Part shown: positions 56,574-64,000 of the stretch, in pieces
How the letters are laid out: each line of letters starts with the position of its first letter
How positions within the stretch are numbered: the first letter of the stretch is position 1
From: Alphaproteobacteria bacterium
GTDB lineage: Bacteria; Pseudomonadota; Alphaproteobacteria; UBA828
Assembly (NCBI GenBank): GCA_965220745.1
Contig: CBDCQT010000012.1
Location: 64,001 to 128,000, forward strand
Direction: 5' to 3'
DNA: 64,000 nucleotides
The notes under the pieces: model-generated
Databases searched by the model: none
What the model was told of the DNA's origin: nothing
Seen by the model: the letters and a program-made list of their open reading frames with translations, nothing else
Program-made: the position numbers and the translations under genes

Positions 56574-58613
56574 ATGAGCGCAGTGTCCGACGAACTCGCG
56601 GTCAAGGCGGCCGAATACGTCACTGAGACGCGCCGACTCCAGGAGCTCGATTCCACCACCGAAGAGACCTTTTACCCTGCGATCAGGGATCTGCTGACCG
56701 CCGTCCTGCGGACGCAGAACCTTCCCTTCGAAGTGCGCACCGGCACATCCGAGGCCAAGGACAGCGGCACCGACAGGCCGGATTTTGTCCTCGCCGACTC
56801 GGCTCTGTTTGTCGGCGTCTTTGGTGAGGTCAAGCGGCCGGATGTAAGCCTGAAAGAGATTGCCGTTTCGACCGAACAAGAAAACCAAATCGGACGCTAT
56901 CTTGCGCGTACCGGCGTGGCGCTCATCACCAACGTCCGCAGTTTCGGTCTGCTGACCTGTGCCCCGGCATATGGGCGCGCGGCGGGGACACCTGTCCCGC
57001 CAGAGGAGCGGGAGCTCATCGCGAGCGTGGATCTGTGGGCCCACGCGGTGGGCAAGGGCCAGAAATTTCGCATCGACAAGCAGGCAGTCGCCGACTTGGT
57101 CGACCTGCTGACGCGCTCTGTCACCGATTTTGCGCCGATTGCCGATCCCGCCGATTTGGCCAAGGTTCTCGCTCGGCAGGCTCGCGACGCAAAAGACGAT
57201 TTGCCTGCTGACCTTAGTCCGGTCGCGCCGCTGCTTGACGACTACCGGCAGGCGCTCGGCCTTTCGTTCGATATCACGGACCAAAGAGGCGACCGGTTTT
57301 TCCGGTCAAGCCTGATTCAGACAGCGTTCTACAGCCTGTTTTCCGCGTGGATACTATGGGATCGGACGAAGGACGCGGCTCCCTTTGACCTGGAAAAGGC
57401 GCAGTCTCATCTGCGCATTCCGTTTCTGGAGCAGCTTTTCTACGACATCCGCCATCCACATTACCTGCGCGAACTGGAGCTGGCCCGCCATCTGGAGCGG
57501 GCCGTCGCGACTTTGAACCGTGTCGAGCGCAAGCTCTTCCGCAGCCGGATGAGCTTTCCCACAGTGGACGACGAGAACCCGGCTCTTGCAGCAATCACTT
57601 ACTTTTACGAACCGTTCTTAGAGGCCTTCGATCCGCAGCTGCGCGAAGAGCTGGGTGTCTGGTACACGCCGCCGGAAATCGTGCGCTACCAGGTGCGTCG
57701 CATTCACCACATCCTTAAAACGGACCTGAAGCGCCCGCGTGGCCTCGCCGACTCGGAAGTGGTCGTGCTCGATCCCTGCTGCGGGACCGGCGCCTATCTT
57801 CTGGAAGTGGCCCGGTGTGTTGCCGAGGAACTGTGCCGCGAGGGAGATGCCGCCGTGGTCGGCCTTGAGCTGCTCAAAGCCTTTGAAGAGCGGGTAATGG
57901 GCTTTGAGATTTTGACGGCGCCGTTCGCTATTGCCCAGTTGCAAATCTATATCCTGCTCGCCGAACTCGGCGTCGAACCGCCGTCCGGCCACCGGCTCGC
58001 GATCTTTCTGACCAACGCCCTTACCGGCTGGCACGACCACGGCAACATCAAACTCAATTTCCCGGAGATGCGTGAGGAGTTTGACGCTTCGCAAGCCGTT
58101 AAACATTCCGCCAAGATAATCGTTGTTCTCGGCAACCCGCCTTATGACCGTTTTGCGGGCGCCGCACAGGCTGAAGAGGCCGAACTTGTCGTCCACTACA
58201 AGGGTATCAAACTGGTCGAAGACCGCGACCGTAAGGGTCAGGTAAGGCTCGACGAATTCGGGCGACCAAGAAGGAAGCAGCGCGGCCAGAGTCTGCTCTA
58301 CAAAGAATTTGGCGTCCGCAAACAGCTTCTCGACGATCTTTATGTGCGCTTTCTTCGCTTGGCCGAAGAGCGGATCGGCGAAGCCGCCGACCACGGGATC
58401 GTCTCGTATATATCAAATTCTTCCTATCTGACGGGCCGCTCCCATCCGTTAATGCGGCGCTCGCTCCTGAGAAGTTTTCATCGCGTATGGATCGACAATC
58501 TCAACGGGGACAAATTCAAGACAGGCAAAATCATCCCCAAGGGCCTGCCCGGCGAAGGCACGGCCGACCAGAGTGCCTTTACCACTGACCATGATCCGCG
58601 CGGTATCCAGCCG
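56574..58613 (+). pseudogene. Type IIG restriction-modification enzyme (nuclease + N6-adenine MTase), truncated by IS3
   Basis: RPDF...GEVK nuclease, GVWYTP, LDPCCGTG, GNPPY, WIDNLNGD; frame ends at the IS left end, specificity domain missing. Confidence 0.88.
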
Positions 58614-59876
58614 TGATCCTCCCCCATCGAGTTGGTCCACCCTTAGGTTATGGAAAGAGGAGGACCGACGATGGCAAGGAAGCGTTACAAGCCCGAGGAG
58701 ATCGTGAGCCTGCTGCGGCGGGCTGAGGTTCTGAACGGCCAGGGCATGTCGATGGCGGACGCGATCCGCGAGCTTGGGATCAGCGAGGTTACCTTCTACC
58801 GCTGGCGCAAGGAGTATGCCGGGATGAGCGGCGATCAGCTCCGCCGTTTGAAGGAGCTCGAGAAGGAGAACGAGCGGCTGCGCCGTGCGGTCTCCGATCT
58901 GACGCTGGACAAGCAGATTCTCAAAGAGGCCGCAGGGGGAAACTTCTAAGCCCCTCGCGCCGGCGCCAGTGCATCGATCATGTCTGTGACCGGCTCGGGG
59001 TCTCGGAACGCCGCGCTTGCCGGGTGCTGGGGCAGCACCGCTCGACCCAGCGCCGCATCCCGCGCGGCCGCGACGACGAGGACCGCCTGGTCGCGTACAT
59101 GATCGAGCTGGCCCGCCAGTACGGCCGTTACGGCTATCGCCGCATCGCGGCCCTGCTTCGCGATGCCGGCTGGCAGGTCAACGACAAGCGGATCGAGCGC
59201 TTGTGGCGGCGCGAGGGGCTGAAGGTGCCCGGCAAGCAACCGAAGCGGGGCCGGCTTTGGCTCAATGACGGCTCCTGCATCCGGCTGCGCGCCGAGAGGG
59301 CGGATCACGTCTGGTCCTACGACTTCGTCCATCACCGGACGTATGACGGCAGGGCCTTCCGCATGCTCAACGTCCTGGACGAGTTCACCCGCGAGAGCCT
59401 GGTCATCCGGGTGCGCAGGAGGCTTTCCTCGATCGACGTCATCGATGTGCTGACCGACCTGTTCATCCTGCGCGGCATTCCGACCTGGATCCGTTCCGAC
59501 AACGGTCCGGAGTTCGTCGCCGAGGCCGTCAGGCGGTGGATCGCTGCGGTCAGCGCCCGCACCGCCTTCATCGAGCCGGGCTCACCCTGGGAGAACGGCT
59601 ACATCGAGAGCTTCAATGCGCGGCTGCGCGACGAGCTCCTGAACGGGGAGATCTTCTACACCCTGAAGGAAGCCCAGGTTCTCATCGAATCGTGGCGGTG
59701 CCATTACAACGCGATCCGCCCACACGGCAGCCTGGGATACCGGCCGCCGGCCCCGGAGACGATCATCATGCCAAGCTGGCCGCCCGGCTCCGCTACGCTC
59801 CGCCGGCCACCCAGCTTGGCCGAGGAACCCGCGATGCACTAACATTCGACCTGGACCAGTCGACGGGGGCAGGTCA
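58614..59876 (+). mobile_element. IS3-family insertion sequence, copy 2 (no target duplication)
   Basis: Essentially identical to 44595-45857 (one substitution noticed); flanks GCCG and ATGA differ. Confidence 0.96.
58671..59842 (+). CDS. IS3 transposase OrfAB (predicted -1 frameshift)
   Basis: Same proteins as copy 1. Confidence 0.92.
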
Positions 59877-60827
59877 ATGAAACTCATAGCCCGTACCCTC
59901 TCCGCCGTGGCCTTCGTAGCCGCTTCGCTTCTTGCCAGCCACGGAACAGCCGGAAGCGTGGATGATGTTGTAAGGCCAGCAGAAGAGATTGCGCTGCATG
60001 ACGCAGCGGGCCGTGTCGAGGCAGGCGGGCGTGCGGGGTTTGTTCCGACGGCGCTGCTGGCCGAAGCGGAAGTGGGGCCGAAGGCGGGGGAAACATTCCG
60101 GGATTGCCCGTCCTGTCCGGAAATGGTGGTGGTGCCGGCGGGTTCGTTCGTCATGGGCTCGCCGAGGTCGGAAGTAGACCGTGACGGAGATGAAGTCCTG
60201 CAGCATGAGGTGACGATCTCGCAACCCTTTGCGGTGGGCAAACACGAGGTGACGTTTGCGGAATGGGATACCTGCGTATCCGCTGGCGGGTGCGACGGGT
60301 ATCGCCCCGATGACAAGGGCTGGGGCCGTGGAAGTCGGCCGGTCATCCATGTGACCTGGAACGAAGCGCGGTCGTATGTCGCGTGGCTGTCGCGGAAGAC
60401 GGGGAAGGAGTACCGGCTGTTGACGGAGGCGGAGTGGGAATATGCGGCGCGCGCGAAGACGCGGACGCGCTATAGCTGGGGGGATTCGGTGGGCCGGAAC
60501 CGGGCGAACTGCCGCGGCTGCGGCAGCCGCTGGGACGGCCGTGAAACGGCTCCGGCGGGTTCGTTTGCGGCGAACGGTTTCGGCTTGCATGACATGTCGG
60601 GCAATGTATCGGAATGGGTCGAGGACTGCTGGCACAATGACTATGCGGGCGCGCCGTCGGACGGCAGCGCTTGGGTGGCGGGCGGTGATTGCGGGCAGCG
60701 CGTATTGCGCGGCGGTTCGTGGAGCAACATACCGTGGTTCCTCCGTTCCGCCATCCGCCTCGGGTACAGCGTCGGGAACCGGGTCGTCACCTTCGGCTTC
60801 CGCGTTGCCCGGACGCTTACGCCTTGA
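59877..60827 (+). CDS. Secreted FGE-sulfatase (C-type-lectin-fold) domain protein, probable DGR target
   Basis: Signal peptide; FRDCPSCPEMV, EVTFAEW, YRLLTEAEWEYAAR, NGFGLHDMSGNVSEW, RVLRGGSW...GFRVAR. Confidence 0.9.
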   Translation: MKLIARTLSAVAFVAASLLASHGTAGSVDDVVRPAEEIALHDAAGRVEAGGRAGFVPTALLAEAEVGPKAGETFRDCPSCPEMVVVPAGSFVMGSPRSEVDRDGDEVLQHEVTISQPFAVGKHEVTFAEWDTCVSAGGCDGYRPDDKGWGRGSRPVIHVTWNEARSYVAWLSRKTGKEYRLLTEAEWEYAARAKTRTRYSWGDSVGRNRANCRGCGSRWDGRETAPAGSFAANGFGLHDMSGNVSEWVEDCWHNDYAGAPSDGSAWVAGGDCGQRVLRGGSWSNIPWFLRSAIRLGYSVGNRVVTFGFRVARTLTP

Positions 60828-60852
60828 GTCCTCACTTGTTTACCTCGGGGGT

Positions 60853-60871
60853 CCGGGGGCGGAGCCCCCGG
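60853..60871 (+). other. GC hairpin with GGA loop downstream of the putative DGR variable region
   Basis: CCGGGGGC-GGA-GCCCCCGG, 25 nt after the stop codon. Confidence 0.7.
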
Positions 60872-60889
60872 CAGGATTATTTCGCGGGG

Positions 60890-61256
60890 CCTCGTGCCGC
60901 CTCGACGACTATCGGCACGAACCGGCCGACCCCGACATCGCCCGCCGGCTCGCGAAACAGCCGACGCCACCTGAACACCTGATTGGCGTTGAGGTTGTAA
61001 CGCTGCGCGACCATCGGCACCGAGACCCCAGGCTCACGGGTCTCCGCCACGATCTGCCGCTTCTACGCCTCGCTCCACCGCCGACGACGCCCACGGACCT
61101 GACCGCCGCTCCCAGCGCCCGGCCTCTCCTCGGAAATCGACATCAGCTAAGTGTCCACCTGAATCGAAGTGGACACCTGCGAAGCGTCCACTGCCCGAGC
61201 GCTCAGCCTGCCAAAACTCGCACCATCAGAACAGACGGCCTACGCCGGATGGATAC
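60890..61256 (-). mobile_element. IS66-family left-end remnant with tnpA pseudogene
   Basis: Minus-strand end GTATCCATCCGGCG; RRRRWSEA*KRQIVAET.EPGVSV..VAQRYNLNANQVFRWRR with in-frame stop. Confidence 0.8.
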
Positions 61257-61451
61257 TCATCGAATCGTGGCGGCGCCATTACAACGCCGTGCGTCCGCAC
61301 GGCAGCCTGGGATATCGGCCGCCGGCCCCGGAGACGATCGTCATGCCAAGCTGGCCGCCCGGCTACGCTACGCTACGCCGGCCACCCAGCTTGGCCGAGA
61401 AACCGGCGATGCACTAACATTCGACCTGGACCAGTCGACGGGGGCAGGTCA
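61257..61451 (+). mobile_element. Right-end fragment of a related IS3 element
   Basis: IESWRRHYNAVRPHGSLGY...; same right IR as the complete copies, several substitutions. Confidence 0.88.
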
Positions 61452-61630
61452 ACCATATATGAAATCTGGCTTGGTCCTTCAATGGCGAAACGACCGGCAT
61501 GCCACCTATTTCGCCGCACCGGCGGCACACAACACATCGAATATGGCTTTCTCCGAGCCTGGAAAGCCATTCTCATGCTTTCCTCCGCTTTCCGGCCGGT
61601 TTACGAAATTCAGATGTCGCGAGTGGCCGC

Positions 61631-62809
61631 CTACGGCGGGGGACTCTCGCCGTCATCACCCAACAGGTTCCCCCCGATGCTCTCCGTGATGCGAGACGCG
61701 GCAGTCTGCATTGAGTCCCGGGCAAGATGGGCGTAGCGGGCTGTAGTCTGCACCTGGGTGTGCCCGAGGAGCTTTCCGATCATGGTCAGGCTCTCGCCGA
61801 GCGCCAGCGCCCTGCTCGCAAAGCTGTGCCTGAGGTCATGAATTCTCACATCCTCCAGGTCAGCGCGCTTGCGGATGCGCCGCCAGGGGCGCTGAAGGTC
61901 GGTGAGGTGAGTACCCGGATTCCTGCCCGCGATCACCCACGGATTGTCATCCTCGCGGGGAAGGGCTGAAAGAACCGCACGAGCCTCCGGTCCCAGCGGC
62001 ACCACCCTTCCGCCCGTCTTGGCGTCAAGGAGCTCGATGCAGTCTCCCTTCACGTTCTCCCACTGCAGGTCGCGGATCTCCGACATCCGGCAGCCCGTCA
62101 AGAGCAGCAGCCGGAACGCCGCGACCGCGGATGGCATCTCTTCCTCCGCCTCGCGCAATACCTCGCCAAGGCGCGCAACCTCCTCCTCGGACAGGAACCG
62201 CTCGCGCTGGTGCTCCTTGTAGCGCTTCACGTGCCGGCACGGGTTGGAGCCATCCTGCCGCCAGCCCCATACCTCCGCGAGGTTGAAGAGCTTCGAGAGC
62301 ACCCCCAGGGTCCGGTTGGCCTGGTACGGCTTGTCCCGCAGGCCGTGATGCAGGGCGGCGATGTCCTTGCGCTGAACCTCCGAGACCCGCATCTCCCCGA
62401 TCACGGGGTCGATGAAGAGCTTCACCGAGCGGCGGTATTCCTGCTGGGTGCTCGGCTTGCAGTGATCGGGCACATATTCCTTGAGGAACCGCGCGGTCAG
62501 CTCGGCCACACTGGGCTTGGCCTCGCGCTTGGCCTCCGTGTCCCGGGGGTCGATGCCCTTCTTCGCAAGCGACAGGATCTCCAGCGCCCGTGCCCGAGCA
62601 CGGTCCGCGCTCACCACCCCGGGGGCGCCGATGGTGTACCAGCGAAGCTTCCCGTCAACACGGGTCTGGACGACATAGACCTTTCGCCCCGATCGCCGCA
62701 CCCGCAGTCCGAATCCGGTGAGCTCGCCGTCCCAGTAGACGGTATCGGTGCCGTCTGCCTTGATGGCGTCGACGGACCGCTTGGTGATGCGTGGAATTCG
62801 GTTGACCAT
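61631..62809 (-). CDS. Tyrosine integrase with arm-DNA-binding domain
   Basis: YWDGELTGFGLRV; TGCR, KTG, HDLRH, LLGH, RY; paralogue of 52642-53826. Confidence 0.95.
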   Translation of the reverse strand: MVNRIPRITKRSVDAIKADGTDTVYWDGELTGFGLRVRRSGRKVYVVQTRVDGKLRWYTIGAPGVVSADRARARALEILSLAKKGIDPRDTEAKREAKPSVAELTARFLKEYVPDHCKPSTQQEYRRSVKLFIDPVIGEMRVSEVQRKDIAALHHGLRDKPYQANRTLGVLSKLFNLAEVWGWRQDGSNPCRHVKRYKEHQRERFLSEEEVARLGEVLREAEEEMPSAVAAFRLLLLTGCRMSEIRDLQWENVKGDCIELLDAKTGGRVVPLGPEARAVLSALPREDDNPWVIAGRNPGTHLTDLQRPWRRIRKRADLEDVRIHDLRHSFASRALALGESLTMIGKLLGHTQVQTTARYAHLARDSMQTAASRITESIGGNLLGDDGESPPP

Positions 62810-62979
62810 GGCGCGGGGGTGTATCATCCTGGCGAACTATTGGCAAACAGAATCGAACAACTCAGAGGCATCTCCAGACCGCTCTAGTCCACAACCGAAC
62901 GGCCTAACCTATTGATCTATCATGCTTCAGTCCCCTCTAGGCCGTTCCTGGCTGCTAGAGGCCGAACAAAGTTTCGAAA

Positions 62980-63024
62980 CTCATAACCTGAAGGTCGAAG
63001 GTTCAAATCCTGCCCCCGCAACCA
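62980..63024 (+). repeat. 3' half of initiator tRNA-Met (att site)
   Basis: CTCATAACCTGAAGGTCGAAGGTTCAAATCCTGCCCCCGCAACCA with no 5' half upstream. Confidence 0.88.
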
Positions 63025-63836
63025 CCGAGACCGACATTCCCGAGGAGGGCGTGTTGGTCTTTCCTTTTTCGACCCCATTTCCCACCCATTCGAGGATGGT
63101 CCCGAGATCGCCGTGCAGCGTGGCGTCCATCTCGGCCCACTTGGCACCAGGGGTGAGCACGATGCGCTCGATCAGTCCGCGGATGGCCGCGGCGGCAACA
63201 TCACGTTCTTCGGGTTTGCGAAGTGCTTCGGCGAGCCGGGCCACCTTGCGGCGGTAGATGCTGGCGACGTTCGGATGGATGTCCGGGAGGTCGGCGGGCG
63301 CCGCCGAAAGCCGTCGTCGAGCTCGTCCTGGCGTGCTTCCAGCTCGCGCAGCCGGTCCACTATGCCCCGGACGTAGCCGCCGTCCTTGATGACGGCGATC
63401 ATGGAGGCGATCTTCTTCTCGACGTCGGCCAGCTCCTTCCGGTCGCTCGCACCCGAGGCGCGGCGCTCGCGGTTGATCCGGTTGGTCTCCTCGGCATAGG
63501 CCAGCATCGCCTCGGCGGCAGCCTCGGGCGCCATCGGCCGGTCCTTCAGCCCGGCCAGCACCCGCTCCTCGATGACCGAGCGGCGGATGCCACGTCCGTC
63601 GGAGCAGCTGTCGTTCATCACGTGGTTGGAACAGCCGTAGCACAGGCCGCCGCCCGAGCGGCCCTTCTCCACCCGGCCCCTGAGCCCCCGATGCGTCTTC
63701 GCCGCGAGGTCCTTCAGGAACAGCGCGTTCATCGTGCCCTTGCGCCCGACATGGAGCTCGTTGATTTCGCCTTCGGACAGGGTAACGATCATTACTCCGG
63801 CGAAACGCAGGTTCTTGTAGAGCGTTGCCACGTCTG
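62981..63836 (-). pseudogene. Large serine recombinase pseudogene (5' truncated, internal deletion, frameshift)
   Basis: Homologous to 38784-40544; GGGLCYG joins directly to CSNHVMN; ends VVAGAGFEPSTFRL*. Confidence 0.88.
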
Positions 63837-64000
63837 CCCTTGTCCCCACGCGCCCCGAAGAAGCTCTCATCGGCCTCGACGACACCGAACAGGGGGCGCT
63901 GCGCTTTCCGGGCAAGCAGAATGCGTTGGCGCAAGCCTCGGTAGAAGCGGTTGATGGTGTTGCGGTTCAGCCACGTAGGCCCGGAACGCTGCCCCGTTCA
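63837..64000 (-). mobile_element. IS1595-family transposase remnant
   Basis: LNRNTINRFYRGLRQRI...FGVVEADESFFGAR. Confidence 0.75.

Noticed and set aside
58614-61451. Composite IS3 transposon carrying the FGE gene
   Set aside because: Outer flanks GCCG and ACCA do not match and the right element is only a fragment
62940-63024. Intact tRNA-fMet gene (also at 38866)
   Set aside because: Acceptor 5' strand and D-arm are absent; only the 3' half is present
56000-64000. Complete DGR cassette or retron
   Set aside because: No reverse transcriptase motif and no AAC-rich template repeat in the window

Overview
GC-rich alphaproteobacterial chromosome segment (taxon inferred from a GAAC-N7-GTAC LexA box, tRNA-Ile2 type and gene content). 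Bases 1-37.26 kb are mostly housekeeping and metabolic: aspS, guaB, a Liv-type ABC cluster with hydrolases and PxpB/C-like genes, aquaporin, alaS, recA, tRNA-Ile2(CAT), typA, choXWV-betI-betA, frmA, a YejA-like SBP and two SnoaL-like genes. This part also has a low-GC class III nucleotide cyclase insert and an SBP-decarboxylase fusion. Bases 37.29-64 kb form a decaying composite genomic island with three apparently intact arm-type tyrosine integrases, two large serine recombinases abutting tRNA-fMet 3' fragments, many TA modules, two HEPN-like genes, AbiE, a truncated Type IIG R-M gene and IS3/IS66/IS1595 pieces. The best leads are: (i) a duplicated ~77-nt structured RNA with its own promoter and terminator; (ii) an FGE-sulfatase gene with the variable-region and hairpin signature of a DGR target but no RT/TR in the window; (iii) an integrase arm domain fused to a restriction-nuclease-like domain; (iv) an island boundary inside a higA gene; (v) two paralogues with a tandem Cro-like repeat fused to an excisionase HTH. 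All family calls come from motif recognition by eye; no database search was run.
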